Assembly (NCBI GenBank): GCA_024679065.1
Contig: JAGIQG010000040.1
Location: forward strand, 3,596,001-3,660,000
Source of the DNA: Sphyrna mokarran
Taxonomy: Eukaryota
Direction of reading: 5' to 3'
Length of the DNA: 64,000 nucleotides
A program made the position numbers and the translations under genes. Of the stretch, positions 37,396-48,641 are shown piece after piece (within the stretch, counting starts at the first letter, position 1; each line of letters opens with the position of its first letter). The notes under the pieces were generated by a model. That model was not told the origin of the DNA. It saw only the letters and a program-made list of their open reading frames with translations, and ran no database searches.

Positions 37396-37414
37396 TGTGC
37401 CCAGATTCTGGTCC
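37228..37414 (-). repeat. 21-bp coding tandem repeat (GPCR N-terminus)
   Basis: Consensus ATGGATCAGAATCTGAGTACA; encodes M-[DN]-[QW]-N-[LV]-x-[TA], 8 coding units. Confidence 0.9.
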
Positions 37415-37764
37415 CTCTCTCTCCCTCTCTTCCTCTGTCACCACAGCCGCTGGTCTCTGTTACTGTCAGAGTTGCCGTTCCCGATGACTCAATGGGATAA
37501 CACATTGAACGGAATCCCTTATTAATAGAAAAGGGAAAACCGCCCAGACACACTAATCAGATCCATAGAGGCTCACATCAATTACAGTCACTAAACAAAC
37601 AGTTTCACTTAACCCCGTTCAATCCAACACTTTTTATACCCAAAGTAGAACATTTACAGCTTAGATAAGTAGTTGAGGGTTAGGGACGTATGAATAGTTG
37701 ATAATAATGGAGGGTCGGACTGTAAATCTGTCAATATTTATTCGATATAATAAAAGTCACTCAG

Positions 37765-38550
37765 CGTTCATTTCCAGAGGGCTAGAATACAAAAGCAGAG
37801 ATGTACTGCTGATGTTTTATTGCACTCTGCTCAGACCACAAACAAAATATTGTCAGCAATTTTGAGCCCCGTTTCTGAGGAAAGATGTGCAGGCCTTGGT
37901 AAGGGTCCAGACAAGGTTCACAAAAATGAAGCGGCGAATGAATGACGTAACAGATGAGGAGCGGCTGAGGACTCTTGGCCAGTGATCGATGGAGTTTAGA
38001 AGGACATGGAGGTGGGATATTATTGAAACTTACACAATAATGAACGGCCTGGAGAGAGTGTACTAAGGAAAGACATTGAAAATGGTAGGAGAGACTAGGA
38101 GCTGAGGGCAGAGCCTCAAATGAAAGGGAACTGTGATGTGGAGAAGGTGGTGTTGGACTGAGTGGGCACAGTGAGGAGTCTCACAATACCAGTCATCCAC
38201 TCACCTGATGAAGGAGCAGCGTTCTGAAAGCTCATGATTCTAAATAACCCCATGGGACTTTAACCTGCTGTTGTGAGACTTCTTCCATTAGAAATGTGAT
38301 GAGGAAGAATTTCTTCAGCCAGGGTGGGGTGAAGCTGTGGAATTCATTGAGCACGCAAAGTTGTGGAGGCCGGACCATTGAGGGAATTTAAGAAAGTGGT
38401 AGATCAATTCTTGACTGGTAAACGGATCAAGGGTTATAGGGGAAAAGCAGGAGAATGGGTTTGAGAAACTTATCAGCCATAATTGAATGGTGGACCCGGC
38501 CAGGTGGGCCTAATGGCCCATTTCTATTCCCACATGTTACTGTCTAATTG
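37765..38550 (+). mobile_element. CR1 LINE 3' fragment interrupted by a Penelope-pLTR-derived element (~38134-38285)
   Basis: CR1 3' coding remnant and tail. The counterpart in copy 2 is at ~63300-63808. Confidence 0.7.
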
Positions 38551-39295
38551 TTATCATAGTTGTGGGATTTAGATGAAGATATCATTAATGTGGATTGATA
38601 TAGTTTGCTAAATTCAAGCTGTAACCGATCTTATGTACAGCTTATTTACAGAACAACCTTAGTAAGGGACTTCACACAAATCAATCTTTAAGCATTAGGT
38701 ACACTACAGTCTTAGTTAGAGTCATCAGGTAAAACTATCTCTATATTATATTCTGGACAGTCTTAGCTCATAGAACCCTACAGTGCAGAAAGAGGTTCTT
38801 CGGCCCGTTAAGTGAGCACTGAAAAGAATCCCATCCAGGCTCTAACCCATATCCCACATATTATATCAATAATCCCACTGATCTATGCATCCCTCAGGGG
38901 CAATTTCTTAGCATGGCCAGTCAACCTAACCCGGACATCTTTGGGCTGTGGGAGGAAGCCGAAGTGCCCGGAGGAAACCCACACAGACACGAGGAGAATG
39001 TGCAAACTCCACACAGATAGTGACCCGAGCCAGTGATTGAACCCAGGACCCTGGAATTGTGAAGCAGCAGTGCTAACCACTGTGCTACCACACCACCCGA
39101 GCTGGAGTCATCAGCACCATCTCTCAGTGTACAGTGCAATTTGAGCAAGAGACTTCACATAGAACTATCACACAGAACAGACTGATGAAAAGACTTCACA
39201 TCAAACTTTCTCAGCATTTTCTATTGTGAGGTTGTAAGAAGGCAAGGCTGAGTCGAGGACAGTGCTGGGAATGGACATCGGGAAACCTAAACAGA

Positions 39296-39812
39296 GTCAG
39301 CAGCACCTTGAAGCGAGTGTCAGAGCAGGACAGTGGGACACCGGACAGTCATTACCTTGAGGAGTGTATGAGAGCAAACACTGGGACACAGGGACAGATA
39401 AGCAGCTTCTTGAGGAAGTGTGAGAGGGGGATAGTGGGACATCGGGACAGATAGTCAGCAACTTGGGAAAAGTGTGAGAGGGAGACCGAATATCGGATAC
39501 TGGAACAAACAAGCAGCATCTTGAGGAGAGTGTGAGAGGGGGACAGTGGGATAGCGGGACAGGCAGGTAGCACCGTGAGGAGAATGTGAGTGAGAGACAC
39601 TGGGAAAGCGGGGCAGGTCAGCAGCTCCTTGAGGGAAGTGTGAGTGGTGGGCACTGGGATAGTGGGGTAGAAGTTTGCACCTTGAGGAAAGTGTTAGAGG
39701 GGGACACTGAGACATCGGGACAGGCAAGCAGCTGCTTGCGGAAAGTGTGAGGGAGGACACTGGGACACCAGGACAGAAAAGCAGCACATTGAAAAGAGTG
39801 CGAGAGGCGGGC
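39296..39812. repeat. ~53-bp minisatellite, ~10 degenerate units
   Basis: Unit ~agcagcaccttgaggagagtgtgagagggggacagtgggacaccgggacaggca. Confidence 0.85.
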
Positions 39813-41754
39813 ATAGACGATTCAAGCTACTGGTAGAGTAGTGCAGCACTGGGCCACGACCATTTGCTAATGTCTTGTGATGCTGAGGATTCTCTTCAAT
39901 GTGTGACCCCTTGAACAAATGCATTAAGCCATGACATCACAGCGCAAGTCTCGCCATCACAATGTGTATCGGTGTGAAATCAGACATCACAATAGCTTTG
40001 TAAGCATTTCAGTTTGAGTCAAGAGGCTGAATAAAGAGTTGATGTGAAGGGAATGGAGCTGCACTGATTGGCTGATCTACCTTAGAGTCAATGTGGTAAG
40101 TTGGAAGATCTGAATAAGTGAAAGGAGCATGACCAATCCTAATATCAGGTAGATTCAATGTGACATTGAAGGGTTTGTCTCACGTTAACGGTACTTTAAT
40201 TTTAATTTTCTAAAAGACCAAACAGATTCTGTTAAACTGCTGCAAGGTGAAATAATTGTGTTTTATTGTCTCGAGTAATTTTTTCATGTCATTCCTCTTA
40301 GGAAGTCGGGTACCCAAAACCTCATATTCTGATGGTTATTCACCGCACAGTCCAGATCTTGTTTGGAGACCTTGACTGACCATCTCGCTTCCAATGTGAG
40401 TTTAATGCTCACACCTTGTTCTGTATTGGATTCAGCTTCCTAACATCATCTCTAATAGAATTGGCTGTGAGTTTTATAGAACTTGGCAGAAACGTTCAAT
40501 GTTTGCTAGATTGCCTTTACAGTTCCAGGTCGATATCTGTCCCCTGCTGGCAATATCTACACAGTGGAGCTCAATGAAAATGATTCACCTACCATCGCAT
40601 TTCTCTCAGTTCAAGTTTTTCGGGAATCCTTCGTTACAACAACATATATATTCGAGCAAGGTTTTGGTTCAGCTTTTCCCAACTGCACTGATTAGCTCCT
40701 CTGTCTCTGGTGCCGAGCCAGCACCAACGAACCACGATCAATGTCAGTTGGCACCACTGATTATTCTGAGTATCCTGCCCGACAATTCTCCAAATTCCAA
40801 ATACCCCAAATATTCAAAGATATTGAAGCAATTTTAGACATTATTTCCCCAAAATGAGGAAATGAAGAAGACAATCAATCCCAACACCATTGCCGACTTA
40901 CCATGTCCACTGAGTTAGATCCATACGAAAATTCTTTATTTTAGTTGATATGAACGCATAAATTAGGAGTAGAAATGGGACATTCGAATCCTTGAGCGTG
41001 TTCCGCCACCATTCAGTCAGATCATGTGTGATCTGAATGTTCCTCGTCTCTGCCCACCTCTGAGAATCATTGACTTCCTTGTTAGTCAGAAAGTCTACCC
41101 ACTTATGCCTCGAAAATGTTCATTGACCCTGTCCTCCACCACTTTCTAGAGAAGAGAGTTCCAAATATTTCACATTTTTAAAGAGAAAAAAAAATCTCAC
41201 TCTGATTGTGACCCAAGTGAACTGCAAGGGTATTTGTCCATCAAACCAAGGCCCTTGATTGTTTGATATTCCATCATATCAGAGAGTAAGTCTCGCCCTC
41301 GCACTAAGGATCACCTTGAGATTAAACATTCAGTAGGTTCATCAGCACAACCAGTTGCAGTGGAATTCACAACCTCTTACTTACTGCTTCATCTATCTAG
41401 GAATGAAGGTGGTCGGCTAGGAAGAACTGAACAGCTTTACTTTTTGAAATGGGCAGGATCAATAGGAATGGCATCAGCAATAGGTGAAAAAGAAAGCTGG
41501 AGCTATTGAATGGTTTGTCTCGGCACCATTACTTTGTAACCTAATTTCTGAACATGATAATGAGGATCGTGATGATTTTAACAGGGCCATTAATGTAGAT
41601 GCAGAGTAGGATGGATTAGCTGAAGTTATGGTTGCTAATAATTCTTCAATATTGTTGCTCATAGATAGTCTGGGTCCTGGAATTTGGGTAATGATGGTCA
41701 CACAGCCCAACTCTCAGGTATGTCTCCCACTTACTGGCTGCTGTCTGGCTTGAG

Positions 41755-43970
41755 AATGGAGCTGGGAACAGGGATTCAGATTTTTGGATCACTGGGATCT
41801 TTTCTGGTAAATGGGTAACCTGTTTAAGAGGAATGGGTTACACTTGAACTGGAGCGGGGCTAACATCCAGTAGGAAATATTTGTCATAGTCACTCGGGAG
41901 GTTTAGGCTAGTTTGGCAGTGAGGCAGAAGGGAAGTTTGAGAACAGCACAGAAGTTAAACATAGCGTATTAAATACTAAAGCAGTGTCATAATCCTAGTA
42001 CCAAGCAGATCAGGCAGAGAGCAAGGGAAGTCCAGATTAAACTGCATTAATTTCAATGCAAGAGTACTGATGGGCACGGCAGAAGAACTCAGGGCATGGA
42101 TGGATACAAGGGATTGGGGTATTTTAGCAATTACTGAAACATGGATAAGGGTGCGACAGGACTAGCCGCTCAAAGTTCCAGCGTACAGATGCTATAGGAA
42201 AGATAGAACAGGAGATAGGAGAGGAGGGAGAGTTGCACTTTTCATTCATGAAAACATCACCGTAGCACTGAGAGAGGATATATCCCAGTGTTCGGCCACT
42301 GAGTCTACATGGATAGAACTGAGAATTAAGAAAGTGGATATCAGTTTGATGGTGTTGTACAATCGGCCTCCAAATTGACAGTGGGAAATTGAGGAGCAAG
42401 CATATAAAGAGATTACAGGTCTTTATAACTCCAAGAAAAATAGAGTGTTAATAGTAGGGAATTTTAACTTTCCAAACATTCACTGGGACAGCCATAGTAT
42501 TAGAGGATTGGATGGAGAAAAATTTGTGAAGAGTATTCGGGAGAAATTTCTCATTCAGTGTATAGATAGTACGACGAGAGAGGGGGCAAAACTTGACCTC
42601 CTCTTGGGAAATAAGCAAGGTCAGCTGACAGAATTTAATGAGCTATCACTTTGGGACCAGTTTTAAGATGAGTATAGAGAACGATAGCTCTGGACAAAAA
42701 GTTAAAATTTTAAATTGGGACCTTGGCAATTTTGACAGTAGTAGGCAGTAACAGTCAAAAGTTAATTGGGTGTGTCTATGGGAAGGCAAATGTACGTCTG
42801 GTAAGTAGCAGGCTTTCAAAATGTGTTAACCAAGCTTCAGGGTAAAAACATAGAGTGATGGGCAAGGCTGGCAGAAGTAGTGAACCCTGGATGACTCAGG
42901 TTATTGAAGACTGGGTCAAGAAGAAAAAAGAGACACATGACGTACATAGGCAGCTGGAATCGAGTGAATCTCTTGAAGAGTAGAGGGAGTTCAGAAGAAG
43001 AGATAAAGGAAAGATCAGGACACCAAAAGGGGACATTGCATTGTTTTGGCAGATAAGGCAAAGGAGAATCCAAAGATCTTCTATAAAAATATAAAGGCCA
43101 AAAGTGTAACTAGGGAGAGAATAGAGCCTCTTAAGGATCAACAAGATCATCTGTGTGTGGATTCACAAGAAATCTGTGTCTGGGTGAGGCCCTAAATTAA
43201 TATTTCTTATCAGAATTTACTGTTGCAAAAAGGAAGGATGTTAGGGAACTTGGGGAAATAAACAGTGATGTCCTGAGGAGTGTACATATTACAGAGAAGG
43301 AGTTGCCAGACGTCTTAAACTGCATCAAGGCAGATAAGTCCCCGGGACCTAATGAAGTGTATCCCAAAACATTGTGAGAGGCTAGACAAGGAAATTCCGA
43401 GTCCCCTTGTCAAGATATCCAAATCGTCAATTGTCATGGGTGTGGTGCCTGAAGATTGGAAAGTGGCAAATATTGTGCCTTTGTTTAAAAAGAGCTGCAG
43501 AGGAAAGGCTGGGAATTACATGCCAGTGAGCCTTACACCTGTTGTTAGTAGATATTTTGAGAGACATGATCTGCAGGCATGTAGAGATGCAAGAACTGAT
43601 GAGGACAATTAGCATGGTTTTGCGAGTGGAAAATCATGTCTCACAAATTTGATTGCGTTTTTTGAAGAGTTAACCAAGAAGGTAGACGAAAGGCAGAGCC
43701 ATTGATAATGTCAACATGGATTTTAGCAAAGCTTTTGATCAGGTACTTCATAGCAGGTTGTTGCATAAGGTTAGGTCACATAGATTCCAGGATGAAGTGT
43801 CGAAATGATATAAAATTGGCTTCTTAACAGAAGCCAGGGGATTGTTGCAAAGAGTTATTTTTCAAACTGGAGACTTGTGATTAGCGGTGTGCCTCAAGAT
43901 CATTTTTAGGTCCACTTTTATTTTCATTTATGTTATTTATTTGGATGAAAATCTCGGAGGCAAGTTTGGC
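41755..43970 (+). mobile_element. Degenerate CR1 LINE (APE endonuclease + RT remnants)
   Basis: ILAITETW, VGNFNFPNIHW..TREGAKLDLLL, VPEDWKVANIVPLFKK, KSCLTNL and DFSKAFD motifs, with many stops. Confidence 0.85.
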
Positions 43971-45952
43971 ATGTTAGAAAATAGAACATAGAACATAGAA
44001 CATGTTTGCAAATGATTATTATCTGGAACAAAGAAAATCGACGGTGAGGTTAAATACTTCCACAGACTTTTCATGTGTATCTTTCAATTTTCAAAACTGA
44101 CCAATCACGTCATTGCTGATCCTCTGAAACTTACGAGGTAACACACAGCAGATATTCATCACTTCAAACTATCTGCCTTCCATCTCAGCATTTTGCAGTT
44201 TTAAAAGCACTGTTTAAAAGTTCAAATCTATCCACATTCCTGACTTGGTATGTGTTTTATATGGTGATAAAACCTGCATTTGCAATATAAACAGCAGATG
44301 GTAGACATTCTCTGCTGGTTTGGCGACATTGTGGGCACATAAATTCTAATCACTTTCATGAGTTAGTGTTTCTGAATTTTAGCGATTGTTGCGTTTGTAA
44401 AGTGGCAAAGTATTTTCAAAACAACTGACTCATTGCAAGATGTTTTTTGTTGAATATTAAAGAATTGCATTATCTCACACCCATTTACACTTCACCATAT
44501 CTTGAATAATATTGTACAATGCAATCATAGAGAAAGAGATAAAAATGAAGGCAAATGTTATTTTCTGAATGTTTTGTTAGATCAATGCCACATGGCTAAG
44601 GTTTTCAGCCGAATTAGAATTCGATAAAACAAGGTTCTATGTTCCAATCAGACTGCAGGCATTGATATTCTAGGCCGGTCACATTGATTATGAGCAGAGT
44701 TTCTAAAATGTAAGGGTTATCATACAGGATAGGCTTTCCTATTTGAAACGGGTTGAACATGATTGTAATTTACTGCTTCAGAGTTTCCAGATTATATTTT
44801 GTTGTTGAATGCGAACTGAATATGGATCCAACAAAAAGTTAATTCGTTCTTTGAAAAAAAACATTAAAATTGCCGCGGTCATATTGATGCATTTCTGCTT
44901 TCAGTGCCTCATTCACGGTGCAGTTGTTGGAGGTAATGTAGGTTAGATGGATTAGTCATGGCAAATGTTTGAGGGTAAGTGGGCTTGGATGGCTCGGCCA
45001 GGCACTCGAGGCTTATATTCTCTGGATCATGTGTCAGCCATTTATGACTGAGTTAAGCAGACTTTTCTTCTCCCAAAGGCTTGTGTATCTTTAGAACCCT
45101 GCAGCCACCCAGAAGTTCGTAGATCCTCAGTCGATGAGGATATTGAAGGTTGAATTGGAGTAATTTTTAGAATATCAGGTAAAGAAGATCTATTGGGATA
45201 TTCTGGAAAATTGGGATGAGCTTGCGGATTTGTCTTGCTTCAGTCGTGAAGAGGTTCAATGGGATATGTGGCGCAGCTCTACTCTTTGATTCTGTTCACT
45301 GTCAATTCCAGGTGCTGATAGTATTGAAGCCTCAGGCATTGAATGAAGGGTAATGGCATTAGTTACGACATACGATCAAAACCCATCACTGCTGAATATT
45401 TAATTAATTAAGGTCATAGAGTACATTTGATTTATTATTATCACATTCAATAGTATGCAGTTAAAATATTTTTTCTTGCTCATTACACAGGCAAAGCATA
45501 TTGTTCATCGAGAAGGAAACGAAAGGGTGCAGAATGTAAACTTAGATCTCATGGAACCCAGGGTGAGGTATCCAAATGATACAAAATTGGCTTCTTAACA
45601 GAAGCCAGTGGGTTGCTGTAAAGAGTTGTTTGTCAAACTGGAGGCTTGTGATTAGCGGTGTGCCTCAAAGATCAGTTTTAGGTCCACTGTTATTTGTCAT
45701 TTATATTATTGATTTCGATGAGAACAATGTTTGGCATGTTTGCAAACGATTGTTATTTAGTCATAGCTAGGGTATATAGAACAGTCAACTTAACACAAGG
45801 TAGGCCATGCATGTTATCACACGAATTCCATGCAGTAGAATATATCGTTAAACATTTTAACAGGAGATACCAGTAGGCACAATGCAAATATAAATTGATG
45901 TGGACAATTGAGGTGTTGTGTTGCCAGTTTACTTACACCGTTGCATCGCATT

Positions 45953-46016
45953 GTTTCTGGAGTTATCACGTTCGCCGTACATACACAAGTTTCCTGTTTC
46001 AATCTTGGGCAGGAAG
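45953..46016 (+). pseudogene. Degenerate tRNA-Val; a second 5' fragment at 48070-48094
   Basis: gtttctg..gttatcacgttcgccgtacatac resembles GTTTCCGTAGTGTAGTGGTTATCACGTTCGCC. 48070-48094 reads gtttatgtagtgcggtggttatcac. Confidence 0.55.
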
Positions 46017-46983
46017 GTGTTTAACAGGAATAGAAAATACTGGAAAATCTCAGCAGGATTGAGGCATCTGTGGGGAATTCAACGTTTTAAATCTTGGGGC
46101 CCTTCAGAAGATTTTCTGATTTCACACCCTGACTCTGCTCTCTCTTCACAGATGCTGCTAGATTTGCTGAGATTTTCCAATTTTTGTTCCTGCGTTTTAG
46201 GTTCCAACATCAGTAGGATTTCACCCTTACAGAAACATTTCCAAATGTTTTCAATTTCAGGCTAATTCAGCTTTCAGAAATAATCATGCATTTGCCATGA
46301 AATATGAACTACCAAGCATTTCCACAGTTTTCTGATGGTAACGTCATGAATTAGCCGGTGAAAAGAATAAAAGGGGTTAGTCCGTGATAGAAAGCAAGGG
46401 AGGATCATTAAATGAAACAAGGAGTGATGGGTTACATTTAGCTGGTGATAGTGGAGGCCAGGTGACCAAGTCGTTCAGAGTCAATCCTTTCACTGCCAAG
46501 CCCGGGATTGATGATAAACTGTCAACTGAACAAAACATTTTATTTTGCATGCAATCATTTTCCGGAAACGAAAGTATCTGAAAACAAAGGAAGATAGCAC
46601 GATGTGCGACTATGTCTGTAGTGACAGTGATCTGGAATGAAGCAATGGAGACCGTAATCATGATCAATGAGGGACAAATCTCTAATATCATAGCATGCTG
46701 TGATAAGCTAATGTTGTTCAGCAGATTTCCCAGAAGAAGCTATAGAAGAGGCAGAGCCTACGAATCATCTTTGAATGTGGTGAGCCACAGTGAAATTTAA
46801 TAGAGTAGAATATAACATTATTCATTTTGACAGCAGAAAGCAGCAAGGGGAATGCAAATATAAATTTCCAGGATTGTGCCAATAGGTTTGTTTTGTTTCT
46901 CCAATGATCACTACTGTTTTCAATCAAAAAGTAATTTCAGCCCCCTTTAAATCTTGTACTGGTCGGCAGCTATAAAATTTATA

Positions 46984-47055
46984 TTCCCTGACCGTGAATC
47001 GAACCTGGGCCGCAGCGATGAAAACGCCGAATCCTAACCACGAGACCACCAGGGA
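46984..47055 (-). tRNA. tRNA-Glu(TTC), probably pseudogenised
   Basis: TCCCTGGTGGTCTCGTGGTTAGGATTCGGCGTTTTCATCGCTGCGGCCCAGGTTCGATTCACGGTCAGGGAA, 72 nt. A14>C and T-stem mismatches. Confidence 0.85.
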
Positions 47056-48559
47056 AGATGCGAGCAAGTCTTAATCTGACCGATACATTGCAGCGTTTTT
47101 CAAATTCTCGAGAAAGATTTGTCGAGGAATAAAATCTCGTGTAAATAGAACAGAATGACTCCATCAGCCAACAGCAAATTACTGCAGAAGCTGGAGCTTA
47201 AAAGAAAAACTTAAAATGTTGGAGAGTCTCAACAGGCATGACGGCATCTCTGGAGAAAGTATAAATACAACATTTCAAATCTGTGTGGCCAGCCTTCAAA
47301 GCCGAAGACAGGAAAAGACGACGAGACTTATAGTTTAAGTGTGGGAAATGCGGGAGCTGAGAGTGGGAGCCGTGGGTGAGAGTTGACAAAGTTGTGATAG
47401 AACAAAAAAAACAATTAGAATCTAAATGGTGGCGGTAAAAGCAAAATACTGCGGATGCTGGAATCTGGAACAAAAATAGACAATGCTGGAACATCTCGTC
47501 AGGTCCGGCAGCATCTATGAAGAGAGAATAGAGCCAACGGTTTTGAGTCTGGATTACCCATCACCAGTGGTCTACCGATCCTCAGTTAATGAGGATACTG
47601 AAGGTTCAGTGGGAGATATTTTTGGAATCTAAGGGAATGATGGGTCAACGGGATATGCTTGGAAATTGATGCTGAGTCCTGGAATTCGTTATGCTGTCCT
47701 TAAATTAAGGACGAGACTCCATGGGGCATTTGAGTCAATCCGACTCCATTAATGCATTTCCCTGCAGCACCAGATCTGATAGGGATCACCTCTGTTAAAA
47801 GCGTAGCTGAGTGTTCTGAGCAGTTGAATTTCAGGTCGTAGCATTTATCGGGGGAGCTGATCAAACGTGCGCAAATTTTCAGGTGTTCAGTTGATTTGTT
47901 TTAAACGTCATGAATACTTTAATGCAGTAAGAAGTATCATTATCCATTTTGACAGGAGAAATCAGCAGAAACAATGTAATATCAAAGCTGATACAAAAAT
48001 GGGCTTCGTGGGAACCAATCAAGTATTTTCCCATTAAGCCTGATGTGCTTGCATTGAGATCATCACCGTGTTTATGTAGTGCGGTGGTTATCACCGGAGT
48101 CAGGTTAATTCTGAAAATATCAGGTTAGAACGAGGAATGATGGGAAGTGCACATGATAGATTTGAACTTCAGTTAGAAAATTCAAACCCATCACCTTAAT
48201 TCCTGGGCAAGGAATACACTTTCATTCTTTGTAATCTTGTTGTTTATATCATGATGTGGAGATCTGGGCGTTGGGCTGCAGTGGGTATAGTAAGAATTCT
48301 CTCAACACCAAGTTAAAGTAAAACAGGCTTATTTGGAATTAGGAGCTTTTGGAGCGCTGTTTCTTCACCAGGGTGATTAACTCGCCAGTCAGAAATTCAT
48401 TCTGCGCGTGTGCTGACTAAAGGAGCCACTTATACACATTTCTTTACCTCAACAAGTTTTTAAGTTGCTAATGCTCCTGCTCATTGTTCTTGACCAAAAC
48501 GACATCGCACATGCTCCGACATTTAATCTGAGCTGTTCGACCAAAACTTAAACCCGTTG

Positions 48560-48641
48560 TGGCAGCGGTGGGATTCGAACCCACGCCTCCGAAGAGACTG
48601 GAGCCTTAATCCAGCGCCTTGGACCGCCCGGCCATGCTACC
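48560..48641 (-). tRNA. tRNA-Leu(AAG), near-intact
   Basis: GGTAGCATGGCCGGGCGGTCCAAGGCGCTGGATTAAGGCTCCAGTCTCTTCGGAGGCGTGGGTTCGAATCCCACCGCTGCCA, 82 nt. Three substitutions against the vertebrate consensus (including G7>A and A14>G). Confidence 0.9.

Larger units (their letters stand above)
29035..38285. repeat. Segmental duplication, copy 1 (copy 2 at ~53535-63810)
   Basis: Colinear CT-rich flank, GPCR exons, intronic SINE/LINEs and upstream region. Roughly 10% divergent outside exon 2 by eye. Confidence 0.92.

Noticed and set aside
39296-39812. Repeat array as a CRISPR-like locus
   Set aside because: Eukaryotic DNA; units are contiguous degenerate repeats without unique spacers.
47790-47875. 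Very degenerate tRNA-Leu-like stretch (also ~48145-48210)
   Set aside because: Too diverged to call by eye.
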